A stretch of DNA of 64,000 nucleotides from Ilumatobacteraceae bacterium (GTDB lineage: Bacteria > Actinomycetota > Acidimicrobiia > Acidimicrobiales > Ilumatobacteraceae). The notes under the pieces were generated by a model. That model was not told the DNA's origin, searched no databases, and saw only the letters and a program-made list of their open reading frames with translations. The position numbers and the translations under genes were made by a program. Each line of letters starts with the position of its first letter. Positions within the stretch are counted from its first letter, which is position 1. This document shows, in pieces, positions 33,093-42,141 of the stretch. Location of the stretch: assembly GCA_963734555.1 (NCBI GenBank), contig CAVTHQ010000010.1, positions 21,896 through 85,895 on the forward strand, in the 5' to 3' direction.

Positions 33093-34288
33093 GCGGTGAC
33101 GTCGCCGGTGGTCAGCCGTCGATTGGCGTACGCACGGAGCTCGGCGCGGAGCGCCTCGGCGGTCGAGCCCTCGGCAACTGCTCTGCGCAGCACGTCGGCC
33201 TGGCAGTCGGGTGTGAGCCCGCCGATCGGCTGGTCGCGGTCGAGGTTGACGGGGAAGGCATAGCCGTCGGCTGTCGCGGTGATGGTGTTCTCGACCTCCT
33301 GCGCTGATGCGCCGGCCGCCTTCATCATCAGCAACGCCGGGAACACCGCATTGCACATGCGCTCGTGATCGATGCTCTCGAGTGTCTTGCCGAGTGATGA
33401 GTTGATCTGCAGGAGGTTGGCCATGCGGTAGATGTCGGTGGTCTGGTTGGTGCCGGCGGCGTGGAAGACCGCCGGGTTGAAGAACACCGCGTCGCCCTTC
33501 TTCAAGGCGAGTTGTGTGCGATGCTCGGCGAAGTACTCCTTGAACTCCGGGCGCCGCCAGGCGAGGTACCCGAGGAGGTACCGCTGCGAATTCGGCAGGT
33601 ACATCGTCGGCCCGCTCTCGATCGGCATGTCGCAGTGGGCGATTGCACCCTGCAGCGTGAGCGCGGCCGACAGGAGATGCACGTGCGACGGGTACTGCTC
33701 GGCTCGTGCGACCGTCATGAAGCCGAGGTGGTAGTCGCGGTGGGGCGATTGGGCGAGGCCTCCGGGGTTGACGACGTTGACCTGCGAGGTGAGCGTGTAG
33801 CCCGGGCCGAGCCACGATGCCGACGCCAGGGCGATGATGTCGTTGCTGTAGTACTCGACGAACACCTCGGGGTCGGCAACCGCCAACTTCTCGAGTGCGT
33901 TCCAAACACGATCGTTGTGGCCGGGCTTGGCGTAGTGGTCTCCGGCCGTCTGACCGGTTGCGTGCTGCTCGGCGATCATCTCCCGGAACGCCGAGGTGGC
34001 CCGGTCGACGACGGTGGTGTCGGCGAAGGCTCGCTGGAAGGCGATGATCCCCGGACCCTCGAGGAAGGCGTGGGCCAGTTCGGCCTGCACGGCAAGCCGG
34101 GCATCGGCGTCGGAGATGACCGAACGCAGATGATCGCAGTCGTACACGACCGTGTTGTGATCGATCGCTGCGGCGTGCGGATAGTCGGCGAGCTCCGTCG
34201 GCTGTTCGACGATCGCGACCAGGTCGGCCAGGCGGCAATCGGCCTCGTGCAACCACCCTCGGGCGATGTCGGAGTTCAGGGCTGTCAT
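33089..34288 (-). CDS. Phytanoyl-CoA dioxygenase (PhyH) family Fe(II)/2-oxoglutarate oxygenase
   Basis: 399 aa from ATG 34288. HxD facial-triad candidate SPHRDYH and distal FHAAGTN. Confidence 0.8.
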   Translation of the reverse strand: MTALNSDIARGWLHEADCRLADLVAIVEQPTELADYPHAAAIDHNTVVYDCDHLRSVISDADARLAVQAELAHAFLEGPGIIAFQRAFADTTVVDRATSAFREMIAEQHATGQTAGDHYAKPGHNDRVWNALEKLAVADPEVFVEYYSNDIIALASASWLGPGYTLTSQVNVVNPGGLAQSPHRDYHLGFMTVARAEQYPSHVHLLSAALTLQGAIAHCDMPIESGPTMYLPNSQRYLLGYLAWRRPEFKEYFAEHRTQLALKKGDAVFFNPAVFHAAGTNQTTDIYRMANLLQINSSLGKTLESIDHERMCNAVFPALLMMKAAGASAQEVENTITATADGYAFPVNLDRDQPIGGLTPDCQADVLRRAVAEGSTAEALRAELRAYANRRLTTGDVTA

Positions 34289-34413
34289 GACCCAAATGTA
34301 GACCCATTGGAGCGCTCTACGGCTAGCGTGCACACGTAACCACGACTCCTGCCTCCAGCGCTGCCCTTCCCAGGATCGCAGCCCCAAGTCGTCGAGGCGG
34401 CGTTCCGGCTGTC

Positions 34414-35280
34414 TTGGCCGCGGCAACGTTCTGGTCGTTCGGAAGCGTGCTCGGGAAGTCGACCCATGCCTCCGGTGTCGTGCTGTCGTTCTGGAGGCTC
34501 TGGATCGCCTCGGCAGTCATGTTGATCATCGTCGCTCTGACCGGACGATGGCCGAGCGTGCGTGACTTCAAGCGCGCCGCACTGGCAGGTGTGTTGTTCG
34601 GCCTGAACATCTGCGCGTTCTTCATCGCCCTGCAGACGGTCACCATCGCGACAGCGCTGATCATTGCCGCGCTGGCCCCCGTTGTGGCCCTGCCCGTGTC
34701 GGTCATGATGTTCGGCGAACGGCTGACCTTCCTCAAAACGGTCTGTGCCGCCGGGTCCGTGGCCGGAGTGGTGGTCGCGGTACTGGTCGCGCCGTCGTCG
34801 GGCTCCGATGCCCACAACACGAAGGTCGGGTACCTCTGGGCCGTGCTGGCGTTGGTCTTCTGGGTGGGATACCTGCTGGTGTCCAAGGGCGTCAGAGCCA
34901 ACGTCGAGACGGTGCGGTTCATGTTCGTGGTGTCGTTGATCGGCGCGCTGACGCTGTCGGTGCTGGTGGTCGCCGGCTCCAAGCACCTGGGCGAGATCCA
35001 CGGTGCCGGTTGGGCCTGGGTCACGATGCTGGCGATCGGTCCGGGCATCGCCGGTCACGGGCTGGTGGCGTGGGCACAGCCGCGGGTCGACGCCTCGGTC
35101 ACGACCGTGCTGATCCAGCTCGAGCCGGTGGGCGCCTCGATCGCGGCGTGGATCGTGCTCGGTGAGCAGGTCTCGTTCGCCCAGGCACTGGCCATGGCCG
35201 GGGTGATCGCCGCCCTGTGCGTGCTCGCCTACAGCGAGTCGCGTGAAGGCGGCGTCGAGATCATCGACGCCGTCAGCTGA
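34414..35280 (+). CDS. EamA/DMT-family transporter
   Basis: 288 aa, 10 hydrophobic segments in a 5+5 pattern. The only in-frame start after the upstream stop is TTG 34414. Confidence 0.75.
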   Translation: MAAATFWSFGSVLGKSTHASGVVLSFWRLWIASAVMLIIVALTGRWPSVRDFKRAALAGVLFGLNICAFFIALQTVTIATALIIAALAPVVALPVSVMMFGERLTFLKTVCAAGSVAGVVVAVLVAPSSGSDAHNTKVGYLWAVLALVFWVGYLLVSKGVRANVETVRFMFVVSLIGALTLSVLVVAGSKHLGEIHGAGWAWVTMLAIGPGIAGHGLVAWAQPRVDASVTTVLIQLEPVGASIAAWIVLGEQVSFAQALAMAGVIAALCVLAYSESREGGVEIIDAVS

Positions 35281-35317
35281 CGGAACGGCTACTAGTCTCG
35301 TTGCGAAAGGAGATGTG

Positions 35318-36493
35318 ATGAACGTTCCGTACCGAGAGATCGAGATGGGACCGGTCGGAAGCCGGCTTCCGGCAGGAGCCGTCACCGCTGCTTCTGCCAC
35401 CGATGACGGCATCTTCGTGCAGTTCACCGAGGGTTCGGCCACGTTCCTGCCCGACTGGTTGCGCGACAACTGCTTGTGCCACGAATGCCGCATCGTGCAG
35501 ACCGACGAACGCCGGTGGCAACCGTGGTCGCAGCCAACGGCGCCGACCGCGAGCACCGTCGAGGTCGTCGACGGCGAGCTGCAGATCGGCTGGGCGAACG
35601 GTCACCGATCGACATACGGCTCGGCGGAGTGGGACAAGATCCGCATCACCGGATCGCGCGGCGCGTGGACGGCACGACTGTGGCGTGGCGGATACGAGGT
35701 CGAGCGGTTCGACCACCACCAGAGCATCGCCGATCAGGTGACGCGGCGCGGCATGTTCGAGGCACTCCGCCGCGACGGTGCGGTCGTCGTCACCGGCTCG
35801 CCGACCGAACCGGGCACGGTGATCGAACTGTTGCACGCACTGGGGCTCACCTTGCGCGACTCGTCGCTCGGCCTGATCTTCGACGTGAAGCTCGACCCGG
35901 CCGGGTACAACATCGCCTTCACGGCCGAAGAGGTGCCGCCGCACAACGACAACGCCCAATACACCCATCCGCCGAGCGGTCAGGTGCTGGCGATGCTGGT
36001 CAATGACGCCGAGGGTGGCAACAGCGTGGTCGTCGACGGCTGGTCGGTGCTCGACCGGCTCAGCCGTGAACACCCCGAGGCCATCGACGTCTTGTCGCGG
36101 GTCGAGGTCGGGTTCCGCCAGTACTCGACCGAGGCCGACGCCTTCACTCGGGCACCGCTCGTGGTGCGCGACCGTGCCGGCCGGTTCATCCACCTGCGGT
36201 TCTCCAACCAGTTGATGCAGCCGTTGGCGTTCGATGACGCCGACCTGGCCCAGTGGTACGAGGCCTACCGCCTGCTCGGCGCAGAGATCGCCGACACCGC
36301 CAATCACGCCTCGTTCCGACTGTCCGCCGGCGACACGTTGTTCGTCAACGGGTACCGCGTGTTGCACGCCCGCACGGCGTACAAGCCCGACGGGCCGCGC
36401 CATCTGCAAGACGTGTACTTCGAGATGGACGACGTCTTCGGCCACTTGGCCCGCATGAGCGGTGAAGCCCAGAACGCGATGGTCGCCTCGTAG
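35318..36493 (+). CDS. Gamma-butyrobetaine/trimethyllysine-hydroxylase-like TauD-family dioxygenase with N-terminal DUF971 zinc domain
   Basis: ATG 35318 follows GAAAGGAG. N-terminal CLCHEC (CxCxxC) zinc motif, HxD motif PPHNDN, distal VLHARTAY. Confidence 0.8.
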   Translation: MNVPYREIEMGPVGSRLPAGAVTAASATDDGIFVQFTEGSATFLPDWLRDNCLCHECRIVQTDERRWQPWSQPTAPTASTVEVVDGELQIGWANGHRSTYGSAEWDKIRITGSRGAWTARLWRGGYEVERFDHHQSIADQVTRRGMFEALRRDGAVVVTGSPTEPGTVIELLHALGLTLRDSSLGLIFDVKLDPAGYNIAFTAEEVPPHNDNAQYTHPPSGQVLAMLVNDAEGGNSVVVDGWSVLDRLSREHPEAIDVLSRVEVGFRQYSTEADAFTRAPLVVRDRAGRFIHLRFSNQLMQPLAFDDADLAQWYEAYRLLGAEIADTANHASFRLSAGDTLFVNGYRVLHARTAYKPDGPRHLQDVYFEMDDVFGHLARMSGEAQNAMVAS

Positions 36494-36500
36494 CAGCTCC

Positions 36501-36545
36501 TGTGGAGTGTTTGGGGCCCACCTGGGTGCGCCGAGACACTCCATA
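36501..36545. repeat. Third copy of the hairpin element seen at 28481-28577
   Basis: TGTGGAGTGTTTGGGGCCCACCTGGGTGCGCCGAGACACTCCATA. It again lies in a convergent gap (dioxygenase stop 36493, tdh stop 36555). Confidence 0.65.
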
Positions 36546-36554
36546 GGCGTGGGG

Positions 36555-37580
36555 TCAGGCCCAGTCGAGGATGACCTTGCCGCACTCTCCGCCGGCGACG
36601 ATCTCGAACGCCTCGGCGAATCGATCAGCGGGGAGCTCGTGGGTGATGACGCCGCTGATGTCGAGGCCGCTCTGCAGCATGGCGGCCATCTTGTACCACG
36701 TCTCGAAGATGCGCCGCCCGTAGATCCCTTGCACCTCGAGGCCCTTGAAGATCACGTCGTTGACATCGAGGGTCATCGGTCCGGCCGGGATGCCCAGCAC
36801 GGCGATGCGGCCGCCGTGGTTCATGGCGTCGAGCATCTGGTTGAACGCGGCTTCAGCACCCGACATCTCCAAGCCGACGTCGAACCCCTCGGTCATGCCC
36901 AGCTCGGCCATCACCGGAGCGAGCGCCGAGGTGCCCACGTCGACGACACGACTGGCACCGTGCTTGGCGGCCATCTCGAGCCGGAAGCGATTGATGTCGG
37001 TGACGACCACGTTGCGGGCACCGATGTGGCGCACGATCGCCGCGGCCATCACGCCGATCGGCCCGGCGCCGGTGATCAACACGTCTTCGCCGACGACATC
37101 GAAGCGCAGCGCGGTGTGCGTGGCGTTGCCCAACGGGTCGAGCACGGCTGCTTCGTTGTCGTCGATGTGCGCCGGCACGACGAACACGTTCTGAGCGGGG
37201 ATCACCACATACTCGGCGAAGGCTCCGGGCCGGGTGACGCCGACACTGGTGTGGTTGTGGCAGAACTCGCGCCGGCCGGCCTTGCAGTTGCGGCAGTGGC
37301 CGCAGGTGATGTGACCCTCACCGGCCACCCGCTGCCCGACGTCGAGCCCGACGACATCGGTGCCGATGGCTTCGATGTCGCCCATGAACTCGTGGCCGAC
37401 CACCATCGGCACGGGGATCGTCGCCTGCGCCCATGCATCCCAACGATGGATGTGCAGATCGGTTCCGCAGATCGAGGTCTTGCGCACGCGGATCAACGCC
37501 TCGTGAGCACCGGGGGTGGGTTTGTCGACCTCTTCGAGCCACAGACCGGGCTCGCGCCGCGCCTTCACCAATGCCTTCAC
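36555..37580 (-). CDS. tdh: L-threonine 3-dehydrogenase
   Basis: 341 aa. [28 protein letters not shown] and ITGAGPIG zinc-ADH motifs with a Tdh-type sequence. Coupled to kbl by a 4-nt overlap. Confidence 0.93.
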   Translation of the reverse strand: MKALVKARREPGLWLEEVDKPTPGAHEALIRVRKTSICGTDLHIHRWDAWAQATIPVPMVVGHEFMGDIEAIGTDVVGLDVGQRVAGEGHITCGHCRNCKAGRREFCHNHTSVGVTRPGAFAEYVVIPAQNVFVVPAHIDDNEAAVLDPLGNATHTALRFDVVGEDVLITGAGPIGVMAAAIVRHIGARNVVVTDINRFRLEMAAKHGASRVVDVGTSALAPVMAELGMTEGFDVGLEMSGAEAAFNQMLDAMNHGGRIAVLGIPAGPMTLDVNDVIFKGLEVQGIYGRRIFETWYKMAAMLQSGLDISGVITHELPADRFAEAFEIVAGGECGKVILDWA

Positions 37581-38767
37581 GAGATGACCCCCATTGCCCG
37601 GCCGACACGGACGAAGGCGTCGATCGCCTGATCGATGTCGTCGTCGGAGTGCGCCGCCGACATCTGTGTACGGATCCGTGCCTTGCCCTGCGGCACGACG
37701 GGGAAGGCAAAGGCGATCACGTAGATCCCCTCGTGCAGCAGACGGTCGGCCATCTCGCCGGCGACGCGGGCGTCACCGAGCATGACGGGGATGATGGGAT
37801 GTCGATCGCCCGCCAGCGTGAACCCGGCAGCGGCCATCGCCGCCCGAAAGCGTGTGGCATTGCGTTGCAGACGGCTGCGCAGCTCGTCGCCGCCCTCCAA
37901 CAGGTCGAGCACACCGATGCTCGCGCCGGCGACGACGGGAGCGAGGCTGTTGGAGAACAGATAGGGACGCGAACGCTGTCGAAGCCAGTCGATCACTTCC
38001 CGGCGCCCCGAGGTGTACCCGCCTGAGGCACCACCGAGGGCCTTGCCCAACGTGCCCGTGAGGATGTCGACGCGGCCCTCCACGCCGGTGAGCTCGGGGG
38101 TACCGCGGCCGTGCTCGCCGACGAACCCGACGGCGTGGGAGTCGTCGACCATCACCAGCGCGTCGTACTGCTCGGCGAGATCGCAGATGGCCGGGAGGTT
38201 GGCGAACACTCCGTCCATCGAGAACACGCCGTCGGTGGCGATCAGGCGGTAGCGGGCGCCGGCTGATTCTTGCAGGCGCTGTTCGAGTTGGTGCATGTCG
38301 TTGTTGTCGTAGCGCAGCCGTTGGGCCCGGCAGAGCCGGATGCCGTCGATGATCGAGGCATGGTTCAACGCATCGGAGATGACCGCGTCCTGCTCGTCGA
38401 GGATCGTCTCGAACAGGCCACCATTGGCGTCGAAGCACGACGAGTACAGGATCGTGTCGTCGGTGCCGAGGAAGGCCGAGAGCCGCGCCTCCAACTCCTT
38501 GTGCACCGTCTGCGTGCCACAGATGAAACGCACCGAGGCCATGCCGTAGCCATACCGGTCGAGCGCCTGGTGTGCTGACGCGATGACGTCGGGATGATCG
38601 GCGAGACCGAGGTAGTTGTTGGCGCAGAGGTTGAGCACCGATGAACCGTCGGCGAGGCGGATGTGTGCCGACTGGGCGGAGTTGATGACACGTTCGTTCT
38701 TGAACAACCCCTCGCCGACGAGGCCGGCGCAGCGCTGCGCGAGATCGTCGAGCAGACGGCTACGCAT
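37577..38767 (-). CDS. kbl: 2-amino-3-ketobutyrate CoA ligase (glycine C-acetyltransferase)
   Basis: ATG 38767. [27 protein letters not shown] and the PLP-lysine context [10 protein letters not shown]. Confidence 0.93.
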   Translation of the reverse strand: MRSRLLDDLAQRCAGLVGEGLFKNERVINSAQSAHIRLADGSSVLNLCANNYLGLADHPDVIASAHQALDRYGYGMASVRFICGTQTVHKELEARLSAFLGTDDTILYSSCFDANGGLFETILDEQDAVISDALNHASIIDGIRLCRAQRLRYDNNDMHQLEQRLQESAGARYRLIATDGVFSMDGVFANLPAICDLAEQYDALVMVDDSHAVGFVGEHGRGTPELTGVEGRVDILTGTLGKALGGASGGYTSGRREVIDWLRQRSRPYLFSNSLAPVVAGASIGVLDLLEGGDELRSRLQRNATRFRAAMAAAGFTLAGDRHPIIPVMLGDARVAGEMADRLLHEGIYVIAFAFPVVPQGKARIRTQMSAAHSDDDIDQAIDAFVRVGRAMGVIS

Positions 38768-39668
38768 GTTCACGTCGCAACACGGGAAGCACCTCGGTGG
38801 CGATGCGTTCGAAGGCAGGCAGCTGGCTGGCGACCGCTGGGTAGTACAAGGAGATCTCGGTGATCCCGAGGGCGACGACCTGTTGCACCATGTCGACGAA
38901 CACGTCGTCGGATTCGTAGTAGTTGATCGCGCCGCCACTGGCCCGGGCGTTGGCGTCGAACATCGTGTACGACCGGCGCAGCGAGGCCGGGTCGCGGCCG
39001 TATTCAGCGCACAGCTCGTCGATCGTCATGCACCGATCGCCGAGCTCGGCCAGCTGCTCGCCGAAGTCGGGGGCGAAGCTCAAGCTGTTCCAGATGTCGG
39101 CGTGCTGAACGGCATGGCGCATCATCTGTGGCCCGAGCGCGGCGACCATGATCGGCAGGCGCGGCCGTTGCACCGAGCCGGGGTTCATGACCGCGCCCTT
39201 GGCCTGGTAGTAGCTGCCGTGGTAGTCGGTGACGCCGTTGGCCACGAGATGGCCGAGCAGCTCGACGTACTCCGCAAAGCGAACCACACGCTCGCGCGTG
39301 CTCCAGTTGGGCACACCGATCATGTCGTACGACGGATCGATCGTCAGGCCGGTGCCGAGACCGAGCTCCACGCGACCGCCGGAGATCTGATCGACCGTCA
39401 CGGCTTGATGGGCGAGCACGGCCGGGTTGCGAAGTGGGATCTGGGTGACGCACGTCGTGAGCCGGATGGTCGAGGTCCGCGCCGCGATCGCGGCCAGGCA
39501 GGTCCAAGCCTCGAGCCAAGGTCCGGTGGGGTTGCTCCAGTCGCAGAAATGATCCGGTGCGGCGGCGACGTCGAAGCCGAGGGCCTCGAGATGCAGGAAC
39601 CGGTCGAGGTACTCGGGCCATGGCACCTTCGGCAGGACCAGCACCTGGAACCGCAAGCCGTTGGACAT
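38760..39668 (-). CDS. Luciferase-like monooxygenase (LLM) class flavin/F420-dependent oxidoreductase
   Basis: 302 aa. ...DHF..., [39 protein letters not shown] is the LLM signature region. The stop overlaps the kbl start by 8 nt. Confidence 0.8.
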   Translation of the reverse strand: MSNGLRFQVLVLPKVPWPEYLDRFLHLEALGFDVAAAPDHFCDWSNPTGPWLEAWTCLAAIAARTSTIRLTTCVTQIPLRNPAVLAHQAVTVDQISGGRVELGLGTGLTIDPSYDMIGVPNWSTRERVVRFAEYVELLGHLVANGVTDYHGSYYQAKGAVMNPGSVQRPRLPIMVAALGPQMMRHAVQHADIWNSLSFAPDFGEQLAELGDRCMTIDELCAEYGRDPASLRRSYTMFDANARASGGAINYYESDDVFVDMVQQVVALGITEISLYYPAVASQLPAFERIATEVLPVLRREHA

Positions 39669-39740
39669 GGGCGGATGCTACTTCGTCGCGCCGGCTCGTC
39701 ATCTTGGCGTCATCGTCGATCTTGTAGCGTGATTGCACCA

Positions 39741-41186
39741 ATGGCTGAACTGCGAACGCTTCCTCGTCAGTGGGACGAGCTGGTCGACGCCCATGGAAGC
39801 CCTCGCCCGGCTGCGGCAGCCCTGGTCGAACGCCTGCGGTCGCTCGACATCTCCGAGCTGCAAGAGCGACAGAGCCTCGCCGAGGTCGACATCTTGGCGC
39901 TCGGCATCACCTTCACCGTGTACCACGACGGCCAGGGCACCGACCGGGCCTGGCCGATGGACATCGTGCCCAGGGTGATCGCCGCGTCGGAATGGGCGAC
40001 GATCGAGCGTGGCTTGAAGCAGCGACTGTCGGCGCTGAACCGGTTCATCGACGACGTCTACCACGAGCGCCGCGTCGTCGCCGACGGCGTCTTCCCCGCC
40101 GAGTTGTTGGAGGGCTCGGTCAACCTGCGGCGCGAGTGCGTCGGCATGTCGCCGAAGTTCGGCGTGTGGGCGCACATCTGCGGCAGCGATCTCGTTCGCG
40201 ACGCCAATGGGGTCGTGTACGTGCTCGAGGACAACCTGCGAGTGCCGTCGGGCGTCAGCTACCTGCTGCAGAACCGGGCGATCTCCAAGCGCGCCTTCGC
40301 CGACCTCTTCGAACGGCAATCGATCCTGCCCGTCGACGACTACCCCGATCGGCTTCGTCGATTGCTCCTCTCGCTGGCCTCCGACGAGCTCCACGGCCTC
40401 CGCCATCCGCAGATCGTGGTGCTCACTCCGGGCGTGTTCAACAGCGCCTACTTCGAGCACTCCTTCCTCGCCCAGCAGATGGGCGTGCCGCTGGTCGAGG
40501 GCGCCGACCTGTTCGTCGATCCGGGCAACCGGGTGTGGATGCGCACGATCGATGGCCCGAAGCCGGTCGATGTGATCTATCGCCGCGTCGACGACCTGTT
40601 CCTCGATCCAGAGGTGTTCCGTGCCGACTCGCAGCTCGGCGTGCCGGGCCTGATGCGCGCCTGGCACGCCGGCAACGTGGCGATCGCCAATGCACCAGGG
40701 GCCGGCGTCGCCGACGACAAGGTCGTCTACGCCTGGGTGCCCGACTTCATCCGCTACTACCTCGACGAGGAGCCGTTGCTCCCCAACGTTCCTACGTACC
40801 GATGCCACTACGCCGACGAGCTCGCCTACGTCTGCGAGCACGCCCACGAACTGGTGTTGAAGCCCGCCAACGAGAGCGGCGGCTACGGACTGACCATCGG
40901 CAGCGCTGCCACGCCGGCTCAGCTCGAGTCGGCAGTCGCGGCGATCAGGAAGGATCCGCGCAACTGGGTCGCCCAGCCGATCCTGCAGATCTCGACGGCA
41001 CCGACGCTGTGCGCGGGCGAGCTCGTGCCGCGGCACGTCGACCTGCGCCCGTTCGTGCTCTCCGGTCACGACATCTACGTCACGATGGGCGGCCTCACTC
41101 GTGTGGCGCTCGTCGAGGGCTCGCTGGTCGTCAACTCGTCACAAGGAGGCGGCTCGAAGGACACCTGGATCGTCGAGGAGCCCTGA
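39741..41186 (+). CDS. Circularly permuted ATP-grasp type 2 protein (COG2308-like), intact
   Basis: 481 aa from ATG 39741. The pattern TFTVY...DR.WP.D..PR.I...EW, VLEDNLRVPSGVSY, PGVFNSAYFEHSFLAQQMGVPLVEG, VIYRRVDD, NAPGAGVADDK, LKPANESGGYG is characteristic of this family (from memory). Confidence 0.85.
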   Translation: MAELRTLPRQWDELVDAHGSPRPAAAALVERLRSLDISELQERQSLAEVDILALGITFTVYHDGQGTDRAWPMDIVPRVIAASEWATIERGLKQRLSALNRFIDDVYHERRVVADGVFPAELLEGSVNLRRECVGMSPKFGVWAHICGSDLVRDANGVVYVLEDNLRVPSGVSYLLQNRAISKRAFADLFERQSILPVDDYPDRLRRLLLSLASDELHGLRHPQIVVLTPGVFNSAYFEHSFLAQQMGVPLVEGADLFVDPGNRVWMRTIDGPKPVDVIYRRVDDLFLDPEVFRADSQLGVPGLMRAWHAGNVAIANAPGAGVADDKVVYAWVPDFIRYYLDEEPLLPNVPTYRCHYADELAYVCEHAHELVLKPANESGGYGLTIGSAATPAQLESAVAAIRKDPRNWVAQPILQISTAPTLCAGELVPRHVDLRPFVLSGHDIYVTMGGLTRVALVEGSLVVNSSQGGGSKDTWIVEEP

Positions 41187-42136
41187 TGCTGCTGTCGCGG
41201 GTCGCCGAGCGGCTGTATTGGGCTGCCCGATACCTCGAGCGCGCCGAGGGCACGGCGCGGATCGTGCGCGAGCACTCCAACGTGATCGTCGACCTGCCGC
41301 TGTCGGTCACACCGGCGTTGGGATCACCTGCTCGGAATCACCGGAAGTCGGGAAGGGCTTCGACAAGCGCTACGACGACCAGCGATGAGACGTCGATCGT
41401 GTCGTTCCTCGTCGCCGACCCGTCGAACCCCGGCAGTGTTCGATCGAGCATCGCCCAGGCTCGCGAGAACCTCCGGACGTGCCGCGACATCCTCCCCGTG
41501 CAGGCGTGGAACGCAGTCAATGATCTGTATCTCACGGTCGGGCGCGGCGCGGCCGACGGAGTGCAGCGACGATACCGATCGCGGTTCTTGGAGAAGGTCA
41601 TCGCCGAGCATCAGCGTCTGCTCGGCATCTTGACGTCGACGATGAGCCGCGATGAGGCGTACACCATGCTGCGTCTCGGCCGTCACATCGAGCGTGGTGA
41701 CATGGTGACGAGGGTGCTCGACGTGCGCGCCGGCCTGCTGCTGGGTGAGCGCCCCGAACGCGCCGAGCTGTACGACGACCTGCAGTGGTCGAGCATGTTG
41801 CGGTCGCTGTCGGCATTGCAGATGTACAACCGGCGGTCGACCACCGGCGATGGTGCAACCGAGGTGATCCGGTTCATCCTCGGCGAGGTGACCTTTCCTC
41901 GTTCCGTCGCCTACTGCCTGGCCGGCGTTCAATCGGCAGCCAGGGAGTTGCCGCTCAGTGAATCGGTCCTCGCCGCGTGCAGGGCCGCGCTCGCCGAGCT
42001 GTCGTCGTCGGATCCCACCGCACTGCTCGACGCCGATGAGTTGCACCTCAAAGCCGATCGACTGCAGATCGCCATCGGCACGATCAGCGACCGCATGGCC
42101 GGCGCCTACTTCGGCCACACGGTCTGGCCGAGTTGA
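41186..42136 (+). CDS. Alpha-E domain protein (COG2307-like). The ORF is open, but a roughly 70-nt internal stretch reads out of frame.
   Basis: Hallmark N-terminus LLSRVAERLYWAARYLERAE. Between 41318 and 41383 the family-typical peptide WDHLLGITGSREG / FDKRYDDQ appears only in the other two frames. The frame is restored at DETSIVSFLVADPSNP. Confidence 0.8.
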   Translation: MLLSRVAERLYWAARYLERAEGTARIVREHSNVIVDLPLSVTPALGSPARNHRKSGRASTSATTTSDETSIVSFLVADPSNPGSVRSSIAQARENLRTCRDILPVQAWNAVNDLYLTVGRGAADGVQRRYRSRFLEKVIAEHQRLLGILTSTMSRDEAYTMLRLGRHIERGDMVTRVLDVRAGLLLGERPERAELYDDLQWSSMLRSLSALQMYNRRSTTGDGATEVIRFILGEVTFPRSVAYCLAGVQSAARELPLSESVLAACRAALAELSSSDPTALLDADELHLKADRLQIAIGTISDRMAGAYFGHTVWPS

Positions 42137-42141
42137 GCCCG

